Assembly (NCBI GenBank): GCA_963845755.1
Contig: CAWJTV010000005.1
Coordinates: 352,001-416,000 of the forward strand
From: an uncultured Planctomycetota bacterium
Lineage (GTDB): Bacteria; Planctomycetota; Planctomycetia; Isosphaerales; Isosphaeraceae
Direction: 5' to 3'
Length of the DNA: 64,000 nt
Position 1 is the stretch's first letter, and each line of letters begins with the position of its first letter. The notes under the pieces were generated by a model. It searched no databases, was not told where the DNA came from, and saw only the letters and a list, made by a program, of their open reading frames with translations. The position numbers were made by a program, and so were the translations under genes. Below, one piece after another: positions 32,730 to 43,123 of this stretch.

Positions 32730-35700
32730 GTGAGTCGCAACACAGTGGGTTTCCGGTGGCGGAGCCGTTCCGGCGCGGGCTGGATCGTGGGATGGCGATC
32801 CCGGCGGGGGGATCGGCACCGGCTCCGGCCGGGATTGCTGGAGCTGGAGGAGCGCCGGCTGCTCGCGACGTTCCCCGTCACCAGCACGGCCGACGACAAC
32901 AGCCCCGGCACCTTGCGGTATGAGATCAACGAAGCCAACGCGGCCACGGGTCCCACCACGATTGAATTCAGTGCCACGGTCTTCAGCACGCTGAAGACGA
33001 TCGCGCTGATCGGGAGCCAGCTCGAACTGAGCAACACCGATGGGCTGATCACGATTACTGGCCCGGCGGCGGGCGTGAACATCAGCGCCGGCGGCCTCAG
33101 CCGCGTCTTCCAGGTCAACAAGGGGGTGACGGCGTCGATCTCGGGCCTGACCATGACCGGGGGCAAGGTGAGTGGTAACGGAGGAGCCCTGGACAACCTC
33201 GGCACGGTCACCCTGACCAAATGCACGATCAGCGGCAGCACCGCCACGAGCAGCAGCGGCGGCGGCCTGTTCAGTACGGGAACCGCCTACCTGATCAACT
33301 GCACCGTGAGCGGCAACTCCGCCACATATGGCGGCGGCCTGTTCAATGACAAAGGCACGATGACCCTGACCGATGATTGCACGGTCAGCGTGAACAAGGC
33401 CGGGTACGATGGCGGCGGCCTGGGCAATTCCGGCACAGTCAACCTGACCAACTGCAACCTCAGCAGCAACAAGGTCTACCCTGGCGGTGGCGGCGGCCTG
33501 GACAATCAGGGCACGGCCTACTTGACCGACTGCACCCTCGAGTCCAACTCTGGCAAGGGTTACGGCGGCCTGTACAATTCCGGCACAGCCAAACTGACAG
33601 ACTGCACGGTCAGCAGCAACTTGGCCAATTTCGGCGGCGGCGTGGGGAATTTCGGCACAGCCAACCTGACCAACTGCATCCTCAGCGAAAACATGGCGGG
33701 CATCGCCGGCGGCGGCCTGGACGAGGGGAAGGGCCAGGCCACCCTGACCGACTGCACCATCAGCGGTAACGTGGCTCAACTCGGAGGAGGGGTGAGGATT
33801 GGCGGTGCGGGTAAGGCAACCCTGACCGACTGCACCCTTAGCGGCAACTCGGCGACGGCAGGCAGCGGTGGCGGCCTGCGCAGTAGTAGCTATGAAGCGA
33901 ACGCAGCAATCCTGACCGACTGCACCATCAGCGGCAACTCCGCGTCAAATCAGGGCGGCGGCCTGTATAAGGAGAGTAATGGCACGATGGATCTGACCGC
34001 ATGCACGGTCAGCGGCAACTCGGCCAGTAACGGCGGCGGGCTGTATAACACCAGCTACTTCAGCTCCAACTCCCAGGCGACGCTCACCGACACGATCGTC
34101 GCCGGCAATACTCTTCCGAACGGATCTACTCCCAACGACATCCAGGGTCCGGTCAGTGTCTCTGGCAGCGATAACTTGATCGGCCCCGGTGGTGCGGGTG
34201 GGCTTCAGAATGGGAGCGCCGGCAACATCGTGTTGGGCGACCTGAGCACCCTGGGCCTGGCCCCACTAGGATTCTACGGCGGCCCGACCCAGACCATGGC
34301 GCTCCTCCCCGGCAGCGCGGCCATCCACAACGGCACGATGGTCAGCGGCGTAACAACCGACCAGCGTGGCGAGTCGCTCGACTCACCCCCCGACATCGGG
34401 GCCTTCCAGGTTCAGACCGGGCTGGTCGTCAACACCATCAGCGACGGCTCGGTCTCGGTCTCCGGCGACCTGAACCTGCGCCAGGCCGTCAACCTGGCCA
34501 GTGCGCTCGACGCCTCCGAGACGATCACCTTCGACGCATCGGTCTTCGCTACTGCACAAACAATCACGTTGATGCAGGGACCGCTCGCGCTGAGCGACAC
34601 CGGTGGGACGGAGACGATCACAGGCACTTCAGCGGGGTTGACCATCAGCGGCGGGGGCGACAGCCGCGTGTTCGACGTCGCCGCCGGCGTGACCGCCGTC
34701 ATCTCGGAACTCACCATCACCGGCGGCTCGGCCAGTACTAACGGCGGCGGCCTGTATAACCAGGGCACGACGACGATCGCCGACTGCACCATCACCGGAA
34801 ACTTGGCGAAAGACAACGGTGGCGGGCTGGCAAGTGTTGGCACACTGGTCGTCACCAACTGCACGATCCGCGGCAACTCGGCCAGCGGCGGCGGCGGCCT
34901 AGCGATCAGCGGCACGGCGAGCCTGACCGACTGTACGATCAGCGGCAACTCCGCCGGCGGAACCGGCGGCGGCCTGTATAACCAGGGTGCGGCGACGTTG
35001 GAGGACACAATCGTCGCCGGGAATACCGGGAGCGGCGGCACCGCGAGCGACATCCACGGCAGCGTCGCGGGCTCCAGCTCGTTTAACCTGGTTGGCACCG
35101 GGGGCTCGGGTGGACTGAGCGTTTCCGACCACAACCTGCTCAACGTCGCCGATCCCGATCTGGCTCCACTCGGCGAGTACGGTGGACCGACGGAAACCCT
35201 GGCACTCTTGCCCGGGAGCGCGGCTATCGGCGCGGGCACGGCCGTGAGTGGTATCACCACCGACCAGCGAGGAGCATCCCGACCGAGTTCCGGCGGTGTC
35301 AACATCGGGGCCTTCCAGGATCAGGGTTACACCCTGGCCGTCTCCTCGGGAAGCTCTCAGAGCACGTTCGTCAGCCAGGCCTTCGCGTCTCCGCTGGTGG
35401 CCGAGTTGACCGAGAACGATACAAGCGCACCGCTCCCGGGCGTGACGATCGGCTTCAGTGCGCCGTCATCGGGGGCCAGCGCCACACTCGGTGCCAGCTC
35501 GGCGGTCACCGACTCGAGCGGGCGCGCGAGCATCACGGCCACGGCCAATGCGACCGCCGGCACCTACGTCGTGACAGCCTCCGTATCCGAGCTGACTTCC
35601 TCAGCTTCATTCACCCTGACCAACCAGGTTCAGCCGACCTTTTCGGGGCTGAGCAGCCAGACGATCAGTTATGGCAGTACGGTGACGTTCTCGGGCACGC

Positions 35701-38597
35701 TCGCAGCCGGTTCGCAGGTCCCGGTTGGCGAGGACGTTGCCGTCACGGTCGATAGCGTCACGCAAGACGCCACGATCGCCTCCGACGGTTCGTTCTCGAT
35801 CCAATTCACTCGTTCGAACGTGGTGCTGAACGCGAGCTTGACGGCCTACAGCGTCACCTACGTCTACGCCGGCGATCGTGTTTTCCTCGCGGTCGACGGA
35901 TCGAGCCAACTGACGGTCAACCCGGCGGCGCTGACGATCGCCGCCAAGAATGCCGGCAAGACCTACGGCCAGACGTTGACCTTCGCCGGGACCGAGTTCA
36001 CCACCTCCGGACTCGTCAACGGCGACACGGTCACCTCCGTCACACTGAGTAGCCCCGGCACGGCGGCGACGGCCACAGTCGCCGCCTCCCCCTACGCGAT
36101 CACCGCCACCGCGGCCGTCGGCACGGGCCTGGGCAACTACACCATCACCTACGCCCCGGGTCAGCTCACCGTCAACCCGTCGGCGCTGACGATCACCGCC
36201 AAGAATGCCGGCAAGACCTACGGCCAGACGTTGACCTTCGCCGGGACCGAGTTCACCACCTCCGGTCTCGTCAACGGCGACGGGGTCGGCAGCGTGACGC
36301 TGAACAGTCCGGGGGCGGCGGCGACGGCCACGGTCGCCGGCTCGCCTTATGCCATCAAAGCCTCCAACGCCGTCGGCACCGGCCTGGGCAACTACACGAT
36401 CACCTATGTCAATGGCCAGCTCACGGTGAACCCGGCGCCGCTGACAATCGCGGCGAAGGACCTCAGCAAGACCTATGGGCAGACGTTGACTCTCGCCGGG
36501 ACTGAGTTCACCGCCTCCGGCCTCGTCAACGGCGACGCGGTCAGCTCCGTCACGTTGTCAAGCCCCGGCGCGGCGGCGACGGCCACAGTCGCCGGCTCTC
36601 CCTACGCGATCACCGCCTCCGCGGCCATCGGCACCGGCCTGGGCAATTACACCATTAGCTATGTCCCGGGTCAGCTCACCGTCAACCCGGCGGCGCTCAC
36701 GATCGCGGCGGTGGCCGACACCAAGACATACGACGGCACGACGAACGCGACGGTGGTCCCGAAGATCACCTCGGGAAGTTTGGCCAATGGTGACATGCCC
36801 GAGTTCACCGAGACCTACAGCGCCCGGAATGTCGGCACGGGGCTGACGCTGACGCCGAGCGGGACGGTCAACGACGGCAACGGCGGCCACAACTACACAT
36901 ACACATTCGTGGCGGTGTCGACGGGCACGATCACTCCGGCCCTGCTGACCGTCACCGCCAAGAATGACGGCAAGGCCTACGGCCAGACGTTGACCTTCGC
37001 CGGGACCGAGTTCACCACCTCCGGACTCGTCAACGGCGACACGGTCAGCAGCGTGACGCTGAACAGCCCGGGAGCGGCGGCGACTGTCACGGTCGCCGGC
37101 TCGCCCTATTCCATCACCGTCTCCTCCGCCGCCGGCACGGGCCTGGGCAATTACACCATCACCTATATCAATGGTCAGCTCACGGTGAACCCGGCGGCGC
37201 TGACGATCACCGCCAAGAATGCCGGCAAGACCTACGGCCAGACGTTGACCCTCGCCGGGACCGAGTTCACCACCTCCGGACTCGTCAACGGCGACACGGT
37301 CAGCACCGTCACGCTGACTAGCCCCGGCGCCGCCGCGACCGCCGGCGCCGCCGGCTCGCCTTACGCGATCGCGGTCTCCAACGCTGGCGGCACGGGCCTG
37401 GGCAATTACACCATCACCTACGCGCCGGGAACGTTGACGGTTACCCCGGCCACGCTGACCATCACGGCGGGCGACGCGACGAAGGTCTACGGTGCGGCGC
37501 TGCCGGCCTTAACGGCGAGCTACAGCGGCTTCGTCAACGGCGACACGGCGGCCAGCCTTGCCACCCCGCCGTCGCTGTCAACGACCGCGACCGCGACGAG
37601 CCCGGTCGTGTCCGGCGGTTATCCGATCACGGCCTCAGGTGCCGTGGATCCCAACTATGCGATCACCTACGTGGCCGGGACGCTCACGGTCACCCTGGCA
37701 CCAGCGGCGATCTCGGTTTCCGCGCCCGGCGGCACGTTCAATGCCAGCCCCTTCTCGGCGTCCGTCACACTGAGCGGGACGGGCAACCCGCCCGCCGCCA
37801 CCCTGGAAAACGTCAGTCCCCGATTGACCTACTACGCCGGGTCGGGGACCTCGGGCACCAAACTCGGGTCGACGCCGCCGGCCCCCACGGGGACCTACAC
37901 CGTCGTTGCCGCGTTCCCCGGCAGCACCGACTTCGCCGCGACCCAGTCCTCGCCGATCTCCTTCACGATCGCCCAGGCTCCCTCGACGGTCGTGCTCACA
38001 TCCTCCGGCAACTTGGCCGTTTTCGGCCAACCGATCATTCTCATGGCGACCGTCACGGGCCCCGGGACCCCGGCCGGGTCCGTCCTGTTCACCGACGGCG
38101 GCACGACGCTTGCCACCGTTCCTCTTGACGCCTCGGGTCGAGCTTCGATCACCACCTCGGCCCTCGGCATGGGCTCGAACCCCATCGTCGCCACCTACAG
38201 CGGCAATAACAACCTTCTCGCCGCGACGTCCAGCTCTACCTTGGTATCAGTTACTAAGGCCGATACCCGGGTGATCCTGGTGCCGCGGGCCGTCAACAAG
38301 AGGAAGAAAGTCGCGTCACTGAGCCTCGATGCGGAGGTCCAGCCTTTACCGCCCGGGGCTGGTGTGCCCTCCGGCACCGTCACCTTCGAGGTCAGGCAGA
38401 AGAAGAAACTCAAGGTCATCAGCATCGTCCCGCTCAACAGCGGGTCGGCGACCGTGTCCGTCAAGCCCAGCACGGTGCGGAAGAAGTCGGTCACGATCGT
38501 GTACGGGGGCGACAGCGCATTCCAGTCGAGCAGTTCGTCCGCCACAGTGTCGGTCAGGCCGGCGACGGCCCTCGCGCGAGTCACGATCCGATCGTGA
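32730..38597 (+). CDS. Giant secreted adhesin-like protein: LEPRxLL-type leader, beta-helix GGGL repeats, choice-of-anchor-Q-like segments, Ig-like/MBG/YDG repeats, basic C-terminal Ig domain
   Basis: RLRPGLLELEERRLLA; repeated LTDCTISGNSA..GGGL; LAPLG.YGGPT.T.ALLPGSAAI..TDQRG..IGAFQ twice; KTYGQ repeats; GTG 32730 preceded by GAGG. Confidence 0.9.
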   Translation: MSRNTVGFRWRSRSGAGWIVGWRSRRGDRHRLRPGLLELEERRLLATFPVTSTADDNSPGTLRYEINEANAATGPTTIEFSATVFSTLKTIALIGSQLELSNTDGLITITGPAAGVNISAGGLSRVFQVNKGVTASISGLTMTGGKVSGNGGALDNLGTVTLTKCTISGSTATSSSGGGLFSTGTAYLINCTVSGNSATYGGGLFNDKGTMTLTDDCTVSVNKAGYDGGGLGNSGTVNLTNCNLSSNKVYPGGGGGLDNQGTAYLTDCTLESNSGKGYGGLYNSGTAKLTDCTVSSNLANFGGGVGNFGTANLTNCILSENMAGIAGGGLDEGKGQATLTDCTISGNVAQLGGGVRIGGAGKATLTDCTLSGNSATAGSGGGLRSSSYEANAAILTDCTISGNSASNQGGGLYKESNGTMDLTACTVSGNSASNGGGLYNTSYFSSNSQATLTDTIVAGNTLPNGSTPNDIQGPVSVSGSDNLIGPGGAGGLQNGSAGNIVLGDLSTLGLAPLGFYGGPTQTMALLPGSAAIHNGTMVSGVTTDQRGESLDSPPDIGAFQVQTGLVVNTISDGSVSVSGDLNLRQAVNLASALDASETITFDASVFATAQTITLMQGPLALSDTGGTETITGTSAGLTISGGGDSRVFDVAAGVTAVISELTITGGSASTNGGGLYNQGTTTIADCTITGNLAKDNGGGLASVGTLVVTNCTIRGNSASGGGGLAISGTASLTDCTISGNSAGGTGGGLYNQGAATLEDTIVAGNTGSGGTASDIHGSVAGSSSFNLVGTGGSGGLSVSDHNLLNVADPDLAPLGEYGGPTETLALLPGSAAIGAGTAVSGITTDQRGASRPSSGGVNIGAFQDQGYTLAVSSGSSQSTFVSQAFASPLVAELTENDTSAPLPGVTIGFSAPSSGASATLGASSAVTDSSGRASITATANATAGTYVVTASVSELTSSASFTLTNQVQPTFSGLSSQTISYGSTVTFSGTLAAGSQVPVGEDVAVTVDSVTQDATIASDGSFSIQFTRSNVVLNASLTAYSVTYVYAGDRVFLAVDGSSQLTVNPAALTIAAKNAGKTYGQTLTFAGTEFTTSGLVNGDTVTSVTLSSPGTAATATVAASPYAITATAAVGTGLGNYTITYAPGQLTVNPSALTITAKNAGKTYGQTLTFAGTEFTTSGLVNGDGVGSVTLNSPGAAATATVAGSPYAIKASNAVGTGLGNYTITYVNGQLTVNPAPLTIAAKDLSKTYGQTLTLAGTEFTASGLVNGDAVSSVTLSSPGAAATATVAGSPYAITASAAIGTGLGNYTISYVPGQLTVNPAALTIAAVADTKTYDGTTNATVVPKITSGSLANGDMPEFTETYSARNVGTGLTLTPSGTVNDGNGGHNYTYTFVAVSTGTITPALLTVTAKNDGKAYGQTLTFAGTEFTTSGLVNGDTVSSVTLNSPGAAATVTVAGSPYSITVSSAAGTGLGNYTITYINGQLTVNPAALTITAKNAGKTYGQTLTLAGTEFTTSGLVNGDTVSTVTLTSPGAAATAGAAGSPYAIAVSNAGGTGLGNYTITYAPGTLTVTPATLTITAGDATKVYGAALPALTASYSGFVNGDTAASLATPPSLSTTATATSPVVSGGYPITASGAVDPNYAITYVAGTLTVTLAPAAISVSAPGGTFNASPFSASVTLSGTGNPPAATLENVSPRLTYYAGSGTSGTKLGSTPPAPTGTYTVVAAFPGSTDFAATQSSPISFTIAQAPSTVVLTSSGNLAVFGQPIILMATVTGPGTPAGSVLFTDGGTTLATVPLDASGRASITTSALGMGSNPIVATYSGNNNLLAATSSSTLVSVTKADTRVILVPRAVNKRKKVASLSLDAEVQPLPPGAGVPSGTVTFEVRQKKKLKVISIVPLNSGSATVSVKPSTVRKKSVTIVYGGDSAFQSSSSSATVSVRPATALARVTIRS
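35910..37700 (+). repeat. Tandem ~255-bp Ig-like (MBG) domain repeats: five closely similar copies, one YDG-type unit, one diverged copy
   Basis: Recurring GCCAAGAATGCCGGCAAGACCTACGGCCAGACGTTGACCTTCGCCGGGACCGAGTTCACCACCTCCGG. Confidence 0.88.
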
Positions 38598-38649
38598 AGC
38601 GATCTCGCGTAGACGTGTCGCTCGGTCGTGCCGGTGCGGCGAACGAGGC

Positions 38650-39906
38650 TCAGGCGACGACCTCGGCCTTGGTCAGGGCGGAGTGCGGGACCCGAGCGCC
38701 TTCCACAGCCCGTCCGCCCTCTCCCAAGAAGAGACCCTGCCAGCCCCGGCTCACGGAAGCCAGTGTCAACGCCCCGCCGAGCCCGCCGGCCAGCGCGAAC
38801 GCGAGAAAGCCCCCGCCGAAGCTGCCCAACGTCTGTTTCAATACGCCCAGGACGATCGGCAGCACGAAGCCGCCGAGCCCGCCGGCCGCCCCGACGATCC
38901 CGGTCACCACGCCGATCTCCCTGGGAAACCGCTGCGAGACGATCTGGAACACGCACCCGTTGCCCATACCCAGCGCCGTCATGACCGCGAACAACAGGAC
39001 CGTCCCGGCGAACAGCGACGGCAGGGCCGACATGCCCAGCATCGTGGCGCCGACGACCAGATAAAGTGCAGTCAGCACCCGGACGCCCCCGAACCGATCG
39101 GCGAGATAACCACCCAGGGGCCGCAGCAGAGAGCCGGCGATCACGCAGAGCGTGGCGAAGCCGCCCGCCTCGACCTTCGAGAGTCCGTACTGGCTGAGGA
39201 AGAAGACGTTCAGGAAACTCGCCAGCCCGACGAACCCACCGAAAGTGATCGCGTAAAAGAAGCAAAACCACCAGGTGTCGGCGAGCTTGAGCACGGCGGC
39301 ATAGTCGGTAAAGGGCCGAGGCGGCGGCTGATCGGGACTGTCCTTGGCGATGATCAGGAGCACAGTGAGCGTCGCCAGGAGTGGGATCAGCGCCAGGCCG
39401 AACACGGCGTGCCAGCCCCAGGTCGCGGCGAGCCGCGGACCGAAGAACGTGGCCAGGGCTGTACCGCAGTTGCCGGCGCCGGCGATCCCCATCACCAGCC
39501 CCTGAAAACGCGGCGGATACCAGCGGCCTGCCAGCGGCAACGCCGCGGCGAAGCTCGCCCCCGCCACGCCCAGCAGCAGGCCGACCAGCAGCAGCGTGGC
39601 GAAGCTGTCCGCCCAGAGCCAGCCGAGCAGCAAGGGCAGCGTCGACAGCGACATCCCCAGAATGGTCGTCCGCCGTGCGCCGATCCGGTCGGTCAAGAGT
39701 CCCATCACCAGTCGCAGCACGGCCCCGCCGAGAAGCGGCACCGCCACCATCAAGCCCTTCTGCATGTCCGATAGGCCATACTCCGACGCGATCGAGTTCG
39801 CCAGCGCCGCGGGGATAAGCCAAACCATGCAGCTCACACCGAAATACAGGAAGGCACTCAGCAAGGTTGGCACATGGCCGGCACGGCGGAATTCGCTCAA
39901 GTTCAT
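38650..39906 (-). CDS. narK: Nitrate/nitrite MFS transporter (NarK/NasA family)
   Basis: GHVPTLLSAFLYF, LRLVMGLLTDRIGAR, nitrate signature GIAGAGNCG, FGGFVG, RPLGGYLADRFG, GMGNG, GAAGGLGGF. Confidence 0.93.
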   Translation of the reverse strand: MNLSEFRRAGHVPTLLSAFLYFGVSCMVWLIPAALANSIASEYGLSDMQKGLMVAVPLLGGAVLRLVMGLLTDRIGARRTTILGMSLSTLPLLLGWLWADSFATLLLVGLLLGVAGASFAAALPLAGRWYPPRFQGLVMGIAGAGNCGTALATFFGPRLAATWGWHAVFGLALIPLLATLTVLLIIAKDSPDQPPPRPFTDYAAVLKLADTWWFCFFYAITFGGFVGLASFLNVFFLSQYGLSKVEAGGFATLCVIAGSLLRPLGGYLADRFGGVRVLTALYLVVGATMLGMSALPSLFAGTVLLFAVMTALGMGNGCVFQIVSQRFPREIGVVTGIVGAAGGLGGFVLPIVLGVLKQTLGSFGGGFLAFALAGGLGGALTLASVSRGWQGLFLGEGGRAVEGARVPHSALTKAEVVA

Positions 39907-40053
39907 TGCTTCGAGGCTCCGGGTTTCGGGATATCGGAGTCGGATCGTTGCGAGCAGCTCGCGATGAGGTTGCATAAATTAAATCTATATATATAAATAT
40001 TAAAATAATTTATTTATTTTATTGACGCCGATGAATATAGTGTACGGGTGCTT

Positions 40054-40081
40054 CACCTGTTATTCCACCTGTTCTCAGGTA
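40054..40081. promoter_or_regulatory. Candidate 7-2-7 inverted heptamer site plus an extra half-site upstream of narK
   Basis: CACCTGT (40054-60), then CACCTGT-TC-TCAGGTA (40066-81); geometry resembles NarL TACYYMT 7-2-7 sites. Confidence 0.4.
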
Positions 40082-40159
40082 GACAGCTTTCAGGCGGTTG
40101 ACGCTCGGATCATGCGCGCGACACGCGCCGTGGGGTGCGCCACTCATTCGTACGGCGGC

Positions 40160-43123
40160 CTAGACGCAGGCCACCGCGCATGGCTTGGAGGCTCGGGCAC
40201 GGCGTTGCATCTCCTTCACGGGCGGCAGCTCGACGTACACGTCTTCCCCTTCGATCCGCATTGGGAAGACTTCAACCCGGTACGACTCGCCGGTCAGGCA
40301 CTCCCCCGTCTCGAGCGAGAACGTCTTCTTGTGCATCGGGCAGGCGACTTTGGGAACGCCTTGATGATCACCGAGGATGCCGCGAGAGAGGACGGCTTCG
40401 AGCTTGTGAGGGCAGGTATTCTGGCTGGCGTACCACTCGCCCCGGGAATCGAATCGGTAGACGGCGATCTCGGCATCGCCGTGCTTGATCGCGCGGCCGC
40501 CGTCGCGGGGGAAGTCGCTGACCGACCCGACGCGGACCCAGCGGGGAGTGTGCCCGAACTCGTGCGATCCGTCCTTCCGTTCGAGCGGCTGCCGGATCCC
40601 GAGCTGCTCGATGGGGACGAAGTCGCTAGGCCAATCGGCGGGGTGCTTCTGGCCTCGCTCCGACACGAACTCCACGCCCGAGGTCGCCTCGTCGGTGTTG
40701 GCGAACTGCTTGAAGAACCGCCGCTTTTCCGGGTCGTTGACAACGGCCTTCCATTCGCACTGGTAAGAATCCACGAGCCCTTGCATCTGCTCTTCGAGCT
40801 CATCCGCGATGCCGAGACGATCGTTGACGATCACGTCGCGGAGGTACTCGATCCCGCCCTCCAGGTTCTCGAGCCAGACCGACGTCCGGGTCAGCCGGTC
40901 CGCGGTCCGGATGTAGTACATCAGGAACCGGTCGAGATACTGAAGCGCCGTCTCTTCGTCGAGGTCGGCAGCGAGTAGGTCGGCATGCCGCGGCCGCACG
41001 CCGCCGTTACCGCAGACGTAGAGGTTGTAACCCTTTTCTGTGGCGATCAGTCCGAAGTCCTTGCCCTGGGCCTCGGCGCACTCCCGGACGCAGCCTGAAA
41101 CAGCCCCCTTGAGCTTGTGCGGGGCGCGGAGCCCCCGGTAGCGCATCTCGACCCGGATGGCGAACCCGACCGAGTCCTGGACGCCGTACCGGCACCAGGT
41201 CGAGCCGACGCAGCTCTTAACAGTTCGGACCGCCTTGCCATACGCATGGCCGCTCTCGAAGCCGGCCGCGACCAGCTCGGCCCAGATCTCCGGAAGGCGG
41301 TTGACCGGCGCCCCGAAGAGGTCGATGCGCTGACCTCCCGTGATCTTGGTGTAGAGGCCGTATTTCCGCGCAACCGTGCCCAAGACGATGAGCTTCTCCG
41401 GCGTGATCTCGCCGCCGGGAACTGCGCGGGACCACCGAGTACAGACCGCCACGCTGGATGTTGGCCAGGAAGCGGTCGTTGGTGTCTTGCAGCGTCGCGT
41501 GGGCCGCGTCGAGGACGTTCTCGTTCCAGATCGTCGCCATGATTGAAGCGACTGCCGGCTTGCAGATCTCGCAGCCCTGCCCGCGGCCGTGCGACGCGAT
41601 CAGGTCGTCGAACGTCCGGATCTGCTTGATCATCGCGATCTGATAGAGTTCCTGCCGGCTGTACGCGAAGTGATCGCAGAGCCGGTTGTCGACCCGTGCG
41701 CCCGCTGCCTTAAGCTCCGCCTTGAGGAGTTCAGTAACCCGCGGCAGGCAGCCGCCGCAGCCGGTGCCGGCTTGCGTGCACTCCTTGACCTGCACGACGG
41801 TCGTGATCTTCCCGTCCCGGATCACGTCGCGGATCTGACCTTCGCTGACGTTGTTGCACGAGCAGACCTGGGCGTCGCTGTCGTTACTGCAAGCGGCGCC
41901 CTTGCCCGCGGAGAGCATGTCGCCCGGTGAGATCGGGAGCGGCTTCTCGCTCTTGAACAGGCCGAGCAACGCGCCGAAGTCCGAGGCGTCGCCAACCAGG
42001 ATGCCGCCCAGCAGACGGGTGCCCTCGCGATTGAAGACCAGCTTCTTGTAAACGCCTCCGAACGGATCGTGGTACGTCAGCGCCCGCGCCCCCTCGGTCT
42101 CGTTAAACGGGTTGCCGAAGCTGGCGACGTCTACACCCATGAGCTTCAATTTGGTTGACATATCGAATCCGGAAAAGGCCCTAGGCGCCCCCGTAAGGTT
42201 CGCCGCGGCGACTTCGGCCATCGCGTACCCGGGCGCGACCAGGCCGTAGACCATATCCCGGTGTGCGGCGACCTCGCCGATGGCGAAGATGTCGGGATCT
42301 GAGGTCCGCATATTGTCATCCACGACGACCCCGCCGCGCCGGCCAGTTGCGAGTCCGCAGTCGTGGGCCAGCTCGTCGCGGGGCCGGATGCCGGCCGAGA
42401 TGACCACCATGTTGACCTCGAGCCGCCCGCCGTCTGCAAACGCCAGACCCTCAACCTTGCCGTTGCCCAGGAACTCCTGCGTGGCCTTCCCCAGATGGAC
42501 TCGGACATTCATCCCCTCGATTTTCTCGAGCAGCGTCCGCGCGCGGCGTCGTCGACCTGGCGGGGCATCAACCGCGGGGCGAACTCGACGACGTGGGTCT
42601 CCAGCCCGAGCTCGCGGACCGCCTTCGCGGCCTCGAGTCCGAGCAGGCCGCCGCCAATCACCGCCGCGGACGCCGCCTCCCCGGCGTAGGCGAGGATTCC
42701 TTCGAGGTCTTCAATAGTTCGATAAACGAACACTCCCCTCTTATCAACACCGGGGACTTTCGGCACGAACGGCGAAGAGCCGGTCGCCAGGACGACGGTG
42801 TCGTATTTGATCTCGCGGCCCGTTGACGAGATGACGATCCGACGCTCGCGGTCGATAGCCGTGGCGCGCTCGCCGACGTGGAGTGTGATCTCCTTCTTGG
42901 CGTACCACGTCGTGCAGGCCAGCTTCAGATGCTCGGCCTCGCGCCGCTCGAAGTATTTCGACAGGTTGACGCGATCATAAGCAGGCCGAGGCTCCTCGCA
43001 GAATGTCACGATCTGGTAGTTCTGGTCGACGTCGTACTCCACCAGCCGCTCACAAAACCGGTGACCGACCATCCCATTACCGATCACCACCACGGTTTTC
43101 TGCGGGCGATTCCGGGCGATCAT
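40160..43123 (-). CDS. nirB: NAD(P)H nitrite reductase, NirB fused to a C-terminal NirD Rieske domain; frameshifts near 42542 and 41423
   Basis: [39 protein letters not shown], siroheme/4Fe-4S CVGSTWC and SGCVREC, then in frame CPHK..CPMH (Rieske). Confidence 0.93.

Noticed and set aside
35910..37440. Regularly spaced repeats as a possible CRISPR array
   Set aside because: Units are ~255-bp in-frame protein domains without unique spacers; no cas genes.
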